Positions 1 through 8,238 of a stretch of DNA of 64,000 bases are shown here, in pieces (the first letter of the stretch is position 1; every line of letters starts with the position of its first letter). The stretch is taken from positions 295 through 64,294 of the forward strand of contig JAEDIJ010000006.1 in the NCBI GenBank assembly GCA_016292515.1. Direction: 5' to 3'. The translations under genes and the position numbers were made by a program. This stretch comes from Victivallaceae bacterium (GTDB lineage Bacteria; Verrucomicrobiota; Lentisphaeria; Victivallales; Victivallaceae). Below the pieces are notes generated by a model. That model searched no databases. It saw only the letters and a list, made by a program, of their open reading frames with translations, and had not been told where the DNA came from.

Positions 1-2368
1 CCGCCGTCCACGGACGCGGACGCATCCCGTTGGCGCGGATGAGGTCGTAGGTGGCGTTTTTGGTGCGGTCGAGGCTCTCGATCGGACTGGGGCAAAGTTG
101 CAGATGGAACTGCTGAAATCCGAGTTTGCCCGCCGCTTCGATCGCCTTGCGCGGCTCGTCGCCCGACAGCGTGTTGGTGTGGCTTGCCGTCGGCACAGAG
201 GGGATCTCGCGCAAGTTGGCGGCTGTGCGCAGATTGTGACGCTGGAATTGGTACATCGCCATCCAGTCGTTATGCGGATTTTCCTTGCCGGCGGAAAAAC
301 CGTGCCACATATATTTCGTCGTGATCGGCGCTTTACGTCTGCCGACGGTGACGGAAAGGTTTTCCTTGATCGCTTTGGCTCCTTTGCCGACAGAGGGATT
401 CACCTCGACCACCTGCGGTGCTTCGGTGAAACTCGAATAGACGCCCTGCGGCGCGACGATCCAGCTGAAAGGCTGTCCCGCCGAGAAGAATCCGTAACTG
501 CCGCAAGTCTGCGCTTTTTTGCCGGAATAGTCGAATTCCGCGTAACCGCGCGGCCCTGCGTAGCAGGCGAGACGTTTCACCTGATGTCCGGCGAGCGTTT
601 CGCCGAGGCGGATCTCCGCAGGAAAATCGATCGTCTGCAAGTTACCTTTGTATTCGATGACGTTGATGCGGTCGGCGACGCAGTCGTAATGACGACCGTC
701 GAGGTCGAGCGTACCGGCTTTGAACTGCCAGTCGTATTTGCCGCTTTCATTGCTGAAATGAAGCAAAAGCGTGTCGCCGGAAACTTCCGCGCCGTCGAAA
801 TGCCAGGAAACGAGTTTGGATTTGACCGCTTTACGCATATTTTCGACGGCTTCCGCGCCGACGAGATTCTGCTCCATCGCGCCGAAAAATTTCATTTTGG
901 GCGCGTCGGTGAAATTCAGTTGCGCGATTTTCTGACCGGGATAGGTGACGGCAACCGCGCCCTTGTCGCTGATGACAAGTTTCGTGCCGTTGGCAAACGT
1001 GGCGACGTTGCCGTTGAGCGTAACGCCCTTGACGTCGGCGATCTCCCATTTCACGGCGTCGATCTTGACGCTGGCTTCGGCGATCTCTTTTTGCGGAACG
1101 ATCGCGCTGTGCTCCATCAGTTTCGCCGTGTTGACGGGGAGACTGGCGGAGTATCCCACCATCGCCGCCATCAGCGGCTGACCATAAGCCCAGCTCCAAA
1201 GCTGACGCAATCCCCGCGTGCGGTTCCAGTCAAAGGCGAAATAGACGACTTTGCCTTTACCGATCGATTTTTCCGCAATGTAGGCGCCGAGTTTGTCGCC
1301 AGTGGGGGAAAGGAGGTAGGAAAGCACTTTTGCGCCGGGAAGCGGCTGTGCGATGTGAGTGCCGTAAAAGACGGGGAGTTTTTCCGGCAGGAAAGAGTAG
1401 ACTTCACCCTCCGGACGGCTCGCCGCAAAAGTTTCGACATCGTCGTTGAGGATGTCGCCATCCCAGGTGACGGGAAGGAGTTCCTGCAACGAATCCGGCA
1501 CGTCGCAGTTGAAAAAGACCACACCGCCGTTTTGGACGTATTCCTTGATCTTTGCGATGCGTTCCGGCGTGAAAAGTTTTTTCTGATTTCCCGCCGGGAT
1601 CGCGGTGAAAAGCACGGCTTTGTAATTTTTCAGATTGGCGAAACTGGGCGTGATGCCGTCTTTCGCTTTGGGTTCGACTTTGTCGCTCAAAAATTGTTTG
1701 ATCGACGCGCCGCCGAGACCATCCAGATAAACGCTGTTGACGCAGGTCGCGCGCAATCCCGCCTTTGCGTAGATCGCGGCGCAGTCGTTGGCGACCCAGG
1801 GGCGGTTGCCGTGAAAAAGGAGAAATTCCGGTTTGCCTTTTTCGCCTTGAACCGGCAGGTTGATCCGGACGACTTCTTCGCCGATGCGTTCGGCATTGGC
1901 GACATCGCCGATGCCGTTGTCGGGATTGAAAGCGGCATCATCGGTAAAGAGGATCGTGTCGATGCGCGAGTACCCGGATTCCGCTTTGAGGGTGATCGTG
2001 TTTTCCCCTTCTTTGAGCATAACGGGCTTTTTGCGTTTTTCCCAGGTGTAACCGCTTGTGCCCGTTTTGTCGCCGAAACTGCCCGCACCGACGCCGTTGA
2101 GCACGATTTTGGTTTTGCGGTAACCGCCGCCTTGGGAATTGGAACGTACGTACATCGTGTACGCGCCAGCCTTTTCCACTTTGAACGAGCCTTTGGCGAT
2201 GACCCCTGTCTGCAAATTGGAGTAGAGCATTTTCAACTCCGAGGCTTTGCCGTCCGGAGTGATCATCCATTTTCCGGTGTCGTTGAGTTTTTCCGCTTCG
2301 ATTTTGAACGTCGCGGCGGAAAGTGCTCCGCACAGCGCAATGCCGAGCAATGTCAAAAATTTTTTCAT
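1..2368 (-). CDS. secreted multidomain protein with an N-terminal CBM-like beta-sandwich module and a large uncharacterised region; 3' end runs off the window
   Basis: Hand translation of the minus strand from ATG 2368 (AGGAGA RBS at 2377-2382) gives MKKFLTLLGIALCGALSAATFKIEAEKLNDTGKW... It has a signal peptide and stays open to position 1. It is absent from the track because no stop lies in the window, and no other minus ORF is listed in this frame. Residues about 20-150 are paralogous to the proteins at 2530-3616. Confidence 0.8.
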   Translation of the reverse strand, partial: MKKFLTLLGIALCGALSAATFKIEAEKLNDTGKWMITPDGKASELKMLYSNLQTGVIAKGSFKVEKAGAYTMYVRSNSQGGGYRKTKIVLNGVGAGSFGDKTGTSGYTWEKRKKPVMLKEGENTITLKAESGYSRIDTILFTDDAAFNPDNGIGDVANAERIGEEVVRINLPVQGEKGKPEFLLFHGNRPWVANDCAAIYAKAGLRATCVNSVYLDGLGGASIKQFLSDKVEPKAKDGITPSFANLKNYKAVLFTAIPAGNQKKLFTPERIAKIKEYVQNGGVVFFNCDVPDSLQELLPVTWDGDILNDDVETFAASRPEGEVYSFLPEKLPVFYGTHIAQPLPGAKVLSYLLSPTGDKLGAYIAEKSIGKGKVVYFAFDWNRTRGLRQLWSWAYGQPLMAAMVGYSASLPVNTAKLMEHSAIVPQKEIAEASVKIDAVKWEIADVKGVTLNGNVATFANGTKLVISDKGAVAVTYPGQKIAQLNFTDAPKMKFFGAMEQNLVGAEAVENMRKAVKSKLVSWHFDGAEVSGDTLLLHFSNESGKYDWQFKAGTLDLDGRHYDCVADRINVIEYKGNLQTIDFPAEIRLGETLAGHQVKRLACYAGPRGYAEFDYSGKKAQTCGSYGFFSAGQPFSWIVAPQGVYSSFTEAPQVVEVNPSVGKGAKAIKENLSVTVGRRKAPITTKYMWHGFSAGKENPHNDWMAMYQFQRHNLRTAANLREIPSVPTASHTNTLSGDEPRKAIEAAGKLGFQQFHLQLCPSPIESLDRTKNATYDLIRANGMRPRPWTA

Positions 2369-2478
2369 TCCCGTTTTCTCCTGTTCTTTTTATAGGTGAA
2401 AAACACACGATACTTATAAAATAGCACACCAAAGAAAAAAAAGAAATCGGAAAAAGGGATAAAATAGTTTTTTTACAT

Positions 2479-2513
2479 AAAAAAAGGCTGTCGCAAAATT
2501 TTTGCGACAGCCT
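2479..2513 (-). terminator. rho-independent terminator of the small CBM-like gene pair
   Basis: Hairpin AGGCTGTCGCAAAA/TTTTGCGACAGCCT (2485-2513) followed by a T-run on the minus strand, about 16 nt after the stop at 2530. Confidence 0.75.
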
Positions 2514-2529
2514 GAAAGGCGATCGTAAC

Positions 2530-3057
2530 TTAATCGAGCGATTCCATTTCTTCAACGGCGTCGGTCACTTCCGCCGCGTCGTTGGGAGGCGTGAAAGTTT
2601 CGTCCTGCGTGAAAAGGATCGAGTCGAGACGGCTGATCGCGGAAAGCGGGGTCGCTTCCAACGCAATCTTGTCGGTCAGCTCGACGGGGAGCAATGCGCG
2701 TTTCCACTGATAGGTCGGCTTGCCCTTGACGGCGACTTTTGCATCGCCGAATTTGCCGATGCTCTGACCGTTGATCCTGATCTGCGTTTTGCGGTAGCCT
2801 TCGCCGAAGTCGAGCGTGCGGACCCAGACGTAGTATTTGCCGGCAGAGGGAACTCCGTAAGTACCGGTCGCGCTGTTGGCGGAGCCGCCGCCTTTGACGA
2901 ATTTTTCCGAAGTGGCGACTTTGCCGCCGACCGCACTGCCGTCGCCGCCGGAAGTCCAGGCGGTTTTGTTGGGGATATTTTCACCCTCGATACGGAATTC
3001 AATGGCTCCGGCGAGTGCGCCCGCCGCGATCAACGAAGCGATCAACAGTTTTTTCAC
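2530..3057 (-). CDS. small secreted CBM-like protein with acidic C-terminal tail (paralog 1)
   Basis: 175 aa with a GTG start preceded by AAGGAG. Signal peptide MKKLLIASLIAAGALAGA. Motifs AGKYYVWVRT, GYRKTQIRINGQSIGKFGD and SRLDSILFT are shared with 3086-3616 and with the N-terminus of the 1-2368 protein. Ends in EEMESLD. Confidence 0.85.
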   Translation of the reverse strand: MKKLLIASLIAAGALAGAIEFRIEGENIPNKTAWTSGGDGSAVGGKVATSEKFVKGGGSANSATGTYGVPSAGKYYVWVRTLDFGEGYRKTQIRINGQSIGKFGDAKVAVKGKPTYQWKRALLPVELTDKIALEATPLSAISRLDSILFTQDETFTPPNDAAEVTDAVEEMESLD

Positions 3058-3085
3058 TTGGTTACTCCTTATTTTTTAGACGGGA

Positions 3086-3616
3086 TCAGTCGAGCGATTC
3101 CATTTCTTCGATGCCGTCGGTCACTTCCGCGGCGTCATCGGAAGGTTTGAAATTTTCATCCTGCGTCAAAATGATCGAATCGAGGCGGCTGACGTTGGAA
3201 AGCGGGATCGCTTCCAGTGCGATCTTGTCGGTCAACTCGACAGGGAGCAATGCGCGCTTCCACTTGTACTCGGATTTGCCTTTGACGGCGACTTTGCCGT
3301 CGCCGAATTTGCCGATGCTCTGACCGTTGATCTTGATCTGCGTCTTGCGGTAGCCTTCGCCGAAGTCGAGCGTGCGGACCCAGACGAAGTATTTGCCGGC
3401 GGCGGGGACGCCGTAAGTGCCGGTTCCCTTGTTGGCTTCATCGTTGCCTTTCTGGAAGTTCTTGTTGGCGGTCGCGACGCGCTGTCCGACTGCGGAACTT
3501 TGTCCGCCGTCCGCCCAGGCACCCTTTTGGGGGAGGTGCTCGCCCTCGATGCGGAATTCAATGGCACCGGCGAGCGCGCCCGCCGCGATCAACGAAGCGA
3601 TCAACATTTTTTTCAT
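3086..3616 (-). CDS. small secreted CBM-like protein with acidic C-terminal tail (paralog 2)
   Basis: I use the internal ATG at 3616 (MKKMLIASLIAAGALAGA...). The track ORF extends to 4072 only as Arg-rich sequence antisense to the rhodanese gene. Highly similar to 2530-3057 and sits 28 nt upstream of it. Confidence 0.85.
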   Translation of the reverse strand: MKKMLIASLIAAGALAGAIEFRIEGEHLPQKGAWADGGQSSAVGQRVATANKNFQKGNDEANKGTGTYGVPAAGKYFVWVRTLDFGEGYRKTQIKINGQSIGKFGDGKVAVKGKSEYKWKRALLPVELTDKIALEAIPLSNVSRLDSIILTQDENFKPSDDAAEVTDGIEEMESLD

Positions 3617-3786
3617 CGTCAAAATCCTTTCTTTTGTTTGGGATGAAGTTACTCTTTTTTCGAGAGTTTTTTTATTATACCACATTTTACGGGATTTGTC
3701 AAGATTGGAATGATGAGGAAAATCGACCTCGCTTGCTTTTTCGCGGATTTCGCTATATATTGGAGAAAGATGAGGAGGAATTTGCC

Positions 3787-4137
3787 ATGAACCGTTTGTT
3801 GCTTGCGCTGGTTTCGTTGCTCGGTGTTTGCGGATGTGAAAAAGACGACATTCCGTTGCCGATGCCGCCGGAAGCAAAATTGATCGACGTCCGTTCGCAG
3901 GAGGAATACGCGGCGGGGCATCTCGCCGGAGCCGTATGGATATCGCACGGCGAAATTTCCGGAAAGATTGCCGATGTCGCGCCCGATCGTTCGACCCCGG
4001 TCTACCTTTACTGCCGCAGCGGCCGCCGCTCCGGCATCGCCAAAGACGCATTGACGCAAAAAGGTTACACAAAAGTCTACAATCTCGGCGGGATCGGCGA
4101 TGCCGCGAAAACTTTGCAATTGCCGATCAAAAAATGA
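3787..4137 (+). CDS. rhodanese-domain sulfurtransferase, probable lipoprotein
   Basis: Start at ATG 3787 (MNRLLLALVSLLGVCGC, signal/lipobox-like). Rhodanese fold motifs IDVRSQEEYAAGHLAGA and active-site loop YCRSGRRS. Confidence 0.85.
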   Translation: MNRLLLALVSLLGVCGCEKDDIPLPMPPEAKLIDVRSQEEYAAGHLAGAVWISHGEISGKIADVAPDRSTPVYLYCRSGRRSGIAKDALTQKGYTKVYNLGGIGDAAKTLQLPIKK

Positions 4138-4165
4138 GCCGTGCATAGATAAACGCAACTACCTT

Positions 4166-4193
4166 TCCCTCCCGATGCGGAGGGATTTTTTTT
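4166..4193 (+). terminator. rho-independent terminator after the rhodanese gene
   Basis: TCCCTCC-CGATGC-GGAGGGA hairpin (4166-4185) followed by T8. Confidence 0.8.
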
Positions 4194-4224
4194 GTAAAAA
4201 AATGAAAAAATAGAGAAAAAACGC

Positions 4225-4278
4225 TTGTATTTTGGAAAAATATGGATTATATTTGTGTTGTAATGGAAATTTTTGGAA
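4225..4278 (+). promoter_or_regulatory. putative mraZ promoter with four phased TGGA(A/T) boxes
   Basis: TTGTAT (4225-4230), 17-nt spacer, TATATT (4248-4253). TGGAA/TGGAT boxes start at 4233, 4243, 4264 and 4274, giving spacings of 10, 21 and 10 nt. Confidence 0.4.
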
Positions 4279-4303
4279 TAAAAAAGAAGGGTGCGGCTCC
4301 GGA

Positions 4304-4786
4304 ATGTTGAGCTTCTGCGGAATGGATTCCTGCCGGGTCGACGGCGCGGGCCGGGTGCGTCTGACGACGCCGACGGTCGAGGATTTTCTGCGCCGTTGCG
4401 ACGGGGAAGTCGTGCTTTTCGGTTTGCCGGAGGGCGCGGTCGCCGTTTACCCGGAGGAAGTCTATCAGGAAATGCGCCGCCGGGAACTCGGCGATCTGGA
4501 TGCGGTCGGAGCGAGTTTTGCCGCCCGCCGCTCGTTGCGCCGCTTCGGCTCGATGGCAAGCGCGGCGAAAATCAGCAGGCAGGGCAGGGTGACACTGCCG
4601 GAAGTCCTGCAACGTTTTGCCGGTTTGCTTCCCGGAAGCGATGCCAAAGTCGTCGGCGTCGAAATCGGCGTCGAAATTTGGGCGGCTGACCGCTTTGAGG
4701 CGGAAATGACCGATATTTTGCGCGCGGAAAAAAACAAACGTCAATTGGAATTAAATCAGGAGGAGGGCGTTTCAAATGAACCGTAA
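4304..4786 (+). CDS. mraZ: transcriptional regulator MraZ
   Basis: Two SpoVT/AbrB-like halves carrying the MraZ signatures VDGAGRVRLTTP and SRQGRVTLPEVL...VVGVEIGVEIWAADRF. The internal ATG at 4304 gives a typical length of about 160 aa. Confidence 0.85.
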   Translation: MLSFCGMDSCRVDGAGRVRLTTPTVEDFLRRCDGEVVLFGLPEGAVAVYPEEVYQEMRRRELGDLDAVGASFAARRSLRRFGSMASAAKISRQGRVTLPEVLQRFAGLLPGSDAKVVGVEIGVEIWAADRFEAEMTDILRAEKNKRQLELNQEEGVSNEP

Positions 4787-5006
4787 TGCTTCACCGCTGG
4801 TCAAGATTCTGCTTGTCACGATCTTTTTTGCCATTACGTTGCTGCTGTCGGGCGTGCGGCTTCATCACGATGCACCGCAATCGTTGACGCTCGCGCAGGA
4901 AACGGCGAAAAACGTTTCGCGGCACTTTGCCGAAGACAATGCTTCCTGGGGGCGTCTGGCGGAAAAAAATCCGCTTCTGATGTTGCGGTTGACTTCCCGC
5001 TACTGA
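4776..5006 (+). CDS. small single-pass membrane protein of unknown function
   Basis: 76 aa. Its ATG overlaps the mraZ stop region by 11 nt. One hydrophobic helix (PLVKILLVTIFFAITLLLSGV). No recognisable family. Confidence 0.4.
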   Translation: MNRNASPLVKILLVTIFFAITLLLSGVRLHHDAPQSLTLAQETAKNVSRHFAEDNASWGRLAEKNPLLMLRLTSRY

Positions 5007-5077
5007 TTTTTTACATTTGATTTGCAGAAAAGGGAACAGCGTGCTATTTTTATAAGGAACGGGGACGCTGTTTTTTT

Positions 5078-6712
5078 ATGCTGGACTTTTTCGGACAACT
5101 CAACACACTTCTCACGCCGGGCGATCGCTGGAAGCGTTTCGGCATCGAGAGCGCGATGTTTCTTTCCGCCGTACTGGAAATGGCGGGCATCGGCGTTTTT
5201 GTCCTCGCCGTCAAGGTCTTCTTGCAAGGGGAAACTTCGCTTGCCGGGGCGGGGTGGCTTCTGCTCTTTCTCCTGCTGCTGATCGGCAAAAATCTTTTTG
5301 CCTACGGGATCGTTTCTCTGCAATCGAAATTCGTCTATCGTAAACAGCAAGCGTGGTGCGCCGCGCTCTTTGATCGCTATCTCCACGGAGATTTTGCCGG
5401 AATGCGTCAGCGGGGCGGCGCGGATTGCGCCTTGTCGCTGTCGCGCGTGGCGTTGCTCTGCGAACGGGCGTTTCTGCCGGCGATGCAGTTGATCGCGGAT
5501 GCGATGCTCTGCGTTGTGCTGATTTTGGCGTTGGCGGTTTACTTGCCTTATATTGCGCTTTCCGGGATATTCTTTTTTGCGGCGATGACCGCGATCGTGC
5601 TGATGATCTTTTACCGCCGGAACCGCCAGCTCGGCGCGGCGGCGGGGACGCTCGACCTCGACGCGGGCAAACTGGCGGCGCAGTCGCTCGACGCGTTGGA
5701 AACTTTGCGCGCTTTCGGCGGAGAAAACTTTTTTTCGCAACGCTATGCCGCTTCTCAGCAAAGACTTCTGCCGTTGCGGAAAAAACTTTATGATTACGGG
5801 CAGGCACCTCGGCTGATTCTGGAAAGTTCCGCACTGATCTACCTTTTCGGACTTCTGGGGGCGATGATGCTGTTGCAAGTACCGCGATCCGTGATTTTGC
5901 TGGATTTCGCCGCCTTGATCGCCGTCCTCGCCCGACTGCTGCCGGCATTCAGCCGGATCCATTACGGCGCGACGTTGCTGCGGCAGTATCAGCCGCTTTG
6001 GAGCGATTTTTACCGCGATCTCAAAACGATGCCGACGGAAAAAATTTCCGATACGGAGGGGGACTTCGTGTTTTCTCAAAGCGTGGAGATCCGCGACCTC
6101 GTTTTCGGCTATCGGGATTGCGGAAAAGTTTTCAACGGCTTTTCGTTGACGGTAAAAAAGGGGGAATGCGTCGGCGTTACGGGACGCACCGGAAGCGGCA
6201 AATCGACGCTTTTTGCGCTTCTGCTCGGCTTTTACGCGCCGGAATCGGGAGAAATTCTCATCGACGGGAAGCCTTTGAGAGAAAGTCTTGCTTCATTCCG
6301 GCGGCAGGTCGGCTTCGTGCCGCAGAATGTTCCGCTTTTTGAAGATACGCTCCGGCATAACCTGACGCTGGGGTACGCGGCGTCCGACGAGGAGATTTGG
6401 CGCGCGTTGAAACTCGCCCGCATCGACGATTTCGTGCGGAGTCTGCCGGGAGGACTGGAATACCGGATCGACCCCGACGGCAACAATCTTTCCGGCGGTC
6501 AGCGTCAGCGGCTTGCCATCGCGCGCGCTCTCTGCCGGCGCGACGTGAAACTTCTCCTGCTCGACGAAGCGACGAGCGCGCTCGACGCGATGACCGAAGC
6601 GGAATTTGCCGAAACTCTCGCTTTTCTCCGCGGTAAAATGACGATCCTCGTCATCTCCCACCGGGAGGGCGCATTGCGAAGTTGCGACCGGATCGTCGAG
6701 ATAAACCAATGA
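5078..6712 (+). CDS. ABC exporter, fused permease and ATPase (MsbA/type-I exporter-like)
   Basis: N-terminal multi-TM domain. Walker A GRTGSGKST, ABC signature LSGGQRQRLAIARAL, Walker B LLLLDEATSALD. Confidence 0.88.
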   Translation: MLDFFGQLNTLLTPGDRWKRFGIESAMFLSAVLEMAGIGVFVLAVKVFLQGETSLAGAGWLLLFLLLLIGKNLFAYGIVSLQSKFVYRKQQAWCAALFDRYLHGDFAGMRQRGGADCALSLSRVALLCERAFLPAMQLIADAMLCVVLILALAVYLPYIALSGIFFFAAMTAIVLMIFYRRNRQLGAAAGTLDLDAGKLAAQSLDALETLRAFGGENFFSQRYAASQQRLLPLRKKLYDYGQAPRLILESSALIYLFGLLGAMMLLQVPRSVILLDFAALIAVLARLLPAFSRIHYGATLLRQYQPLWSDFYRDLKTMPTEKISDTEGDFVFSQSVEIRDLVFGYRDCGKVFNGFSLTVKKGECVGVTGRTGSGKSTLFALLLGFYAPESGEILIDGKPLRESLASFRRQVGFVPQNVPLFEDTLRHNLTLGYAASDEEIWRALKLARIDDFVRSLPGGLEYRIDPDGNNLSGGQRQRLAIARALCRRDVKLLLLDEATSALDAMTEAEFAETLAFLRGKMTILVISHREGALRSCDRIVEINQ

Positions 6713-6827
6713 AACTCTCGCTTTTTTGCGAAAAAGAGTTGCATTTTTCAAAGAAGTGTGTTATTTTAGGTAAATGCAATTCTCTGTTTATGTAAATTAA
6801 ACCGATATAACGGAAGGAATTTTGATT

Positions 6828-7091
6828 ATGGCTCACATGAAATCGGCAATCAAGCGCATCCGCACCAGCGCGCAGGCGAATTTGCGTAACCGTTCGCGCA
6901 TCAGCAAACTCAACACGCTGGAGAAAAAACTTCGCGCGGCGGTCGCCGCCAACGATGCCGCGGCGGTGGAATTTGCCAAAGATTTCGTCAGCGCCCTCGA
7001 TAAGGCGGCGAAAGTCGGCACGATCCACGCGAACCGCGCCGCCAACAAGAAATCGCAGGCGGACAAACTCATCAATTCGATGGCGAAGTAA
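6828..7091 (+). CDS. rpsT: 30S ribosomal protein S20
   Basis: MAHMKSAIKRIRTSAQANLRNRSRISKL... is typical of S20. GGAAGGA RBS lies 9 nt upstream of ATG 6828; the track start at 6822 is a TTG. Confidence 0.9.
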   Translation: MAHMKSAIKRIRTSAQANLRNRSRISKLNTLEKKLRAAVAANDAAAVEFAKDFVSALDKAAKVGTIHANRAANKKSQADKLINSMAK

Positions 7092-7117
7092 TTTTTTCCA
7101 TCGCATTGTGAAAAAAA

Positions 7118-7146
7118 GAGCCGGAAATTTTCCGGTTCTTTTTTTT
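7118..7146 (+). terminator. rho-independent terminator of rpsT
   Basis: GAGCCGGAA-ATT-TTCCGGTTC hairpin followed by a T-run. An A-run upstream makes it potentially bidirectional. Confidence 0.8.
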
Positions 7147-7150
7147 GTTT

Positions 7151-7331
7151 CGCGGCGGTGTCCGCGAGACCAATACTTCACGCCGAGGGCGCGAAATCGG
7201 GCAACTGGGACAAATAAGACCGGTAAGACCAGTAAGACATACGCGCTCTGTTATCGCAGGCTTGTCCCAATCGTCCTACTTGTCTCAGTCGTCCTCATCG
7301 CCCCGTGAATTTCGCGACGGTGTCCGCGAGA
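7151..7331. repeat. mosaic palindromic intergenic element, copy A
   Basis: 19-nt direct repeat at 7151-7169 and 7313-7331 (18/19). Left arm 7179-7202. TAAGAC words at period 9 (7215, 7224, 7233), with inverted words at 7261-7296. Right arm 7297-7331 matches the reverse complement of 35854-35887 at 31/35. Confidence 0.7.
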
Positions 7332-7608
7332 TAAACATCAACGTGGGGAGTGTCGCCCATCGGGCAGTCGGGCGGACGGCGCGCGAAAGCGCAGAGTATT
7401 AGCCCGCGTGGGACGCAGGTCTATTTGCAGTAACAAACAGACGAGCCCGTGGAGATTTGCGGGGACATTCGTTTGGAGTGTAGACCAAGCGCAAGTTCCG
7501 CAAATATCTGCGGCAGGTACAGATCCCGCCTGTGGCGGGCGCCCGGGGAGTCAAGAGGGCGCGGCGTGAGCGCCCTCTTGCGCTCATCGCGCCAAAGTGC
7601 GCCGATAC

Positions 7609-8238
7609 TTAAAACATCAAAAAAAGCATCACTGCCAATCCGGAAAAAATCGGGATGCCGAAATTGTCGTCGATGTGAATGACTTTTTCAAAAAATTCCG
7701 CCAATGCGCCGATGACCGCCGCGATCAGCGAGGCGGCGCCGAGCCGGGGCAAAGCGACTTCGCTGAAAGAAAAGAAGATCCCGAAAGCCGTCGCTCCGAT
7801 CAAAATAAAGGCGATCACGCCCTCCAAAGATTTGCCGTTGGCGAAGCGGATGCGTCCGAAACGTCTGCCGATCAGAGCCGCCGCCGTGTCGCCGCCGAGC
7901 ATCAGAGCTATGCAACTTGCCGCAAGGGGTGCGGGAAAGAGGATCAGTACGGCGCAACTTGCCGCCAGTACCGGCGGGCCGCCGCTGATGACCCAGTCCG
8001 TCGGCTTGGGGGGCTGACGCAACATATTGTGAAAAAAGAAATCGTACAACTTCTGGACTTTTTTGTTGCCGCGCGCGTAAGCGTGTTCGACGAGGACACT
8101 GCCGACGGCGAGAATGCCGAAAAAGATGGCGAGCTGCCAGCGGTAAGCGCGGAAAAAAATCATCGCGACCGGCATCCAGAAAGAACTCAGATGTACCAGT
8201 TTGCGGCGCAATTCATCTTGAAAGGGGATCTCACTCAT
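7609..8238 (-). CDS. CTP-dependent lipid kinase / cytidylyltransferase-family membrane protein (dolichol/phytol/DAG kinase-like)
   Basis: Polytopic membrane protein with the GDTAAALIGRRFG motif typical of the CTP_transf_1/dolichol-kinase superfamily. ATGA overlap with the upstream patatin gene. Confidence 0.55.
   Translation of the reverse strand: MSEIPFQDELRRKLVHLSSFWMPVAMIFFRAYRWQLAIFFGILAVGSVLVEHAYARGNKKVQKLYDFFFHNMLRQPPKPTDWVISGGPPVLAASCAVLILFPAPLAASCIALMLGGDTAAALIGRRFGRIRFANGKSLEGVIAFILIGATAFGIFFSFSEVALPRLGAASLIAAVIGALAEFFEKVIHIDDNFGIPIFSGLAVMLFLMF

Noticed and set aside
98-2395. 765-aa plus-strand ORF, the longest ORF in the track for this region
   Set aside because: It is Arg/Phe/Gly-rich, low-complexity sequence with no motifs. 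The opposite strand encodes a protein with a signal peptide and domains paralogous to the neighbouring genes, and that frame is open to the window edge. This is a typical antisense shadow in GC3-rich DNA.
2530-3616. The two near-identical small genes as template and variable repeats of a diversity-generating retroelement
   Set aside because: Differences are spread over all nucleotide types rather than adenine-specific. No reverse transcriptase or accessory gene is present. An ordinary tandem gene duplication explains them.
3617-4072. N-terminal 152-aa extension of the track ORF 3086-4072
   Set aside because: It is Arg-rich and antisense to the rhodanese gene and the promoter region. The internal ATG at 3616 gives a signal peptide aligned with the paralog at 2530-3057.
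7261-7273. 13-mer CTTGTCCCAATCG shared between repeat element A and the tatD coding sequence (15966-15978); also the recurring 8-mer CTTGTCCC in several intergenic regions
   Set aside because: By rough estimate, more than 100 chance 13-mer matches are expected among all position pairs in 64 kb, and 8-mers are uninformative. I used only matches of 17 nt or longer, or colinear multi-module matches, as evidence for the repeat family.
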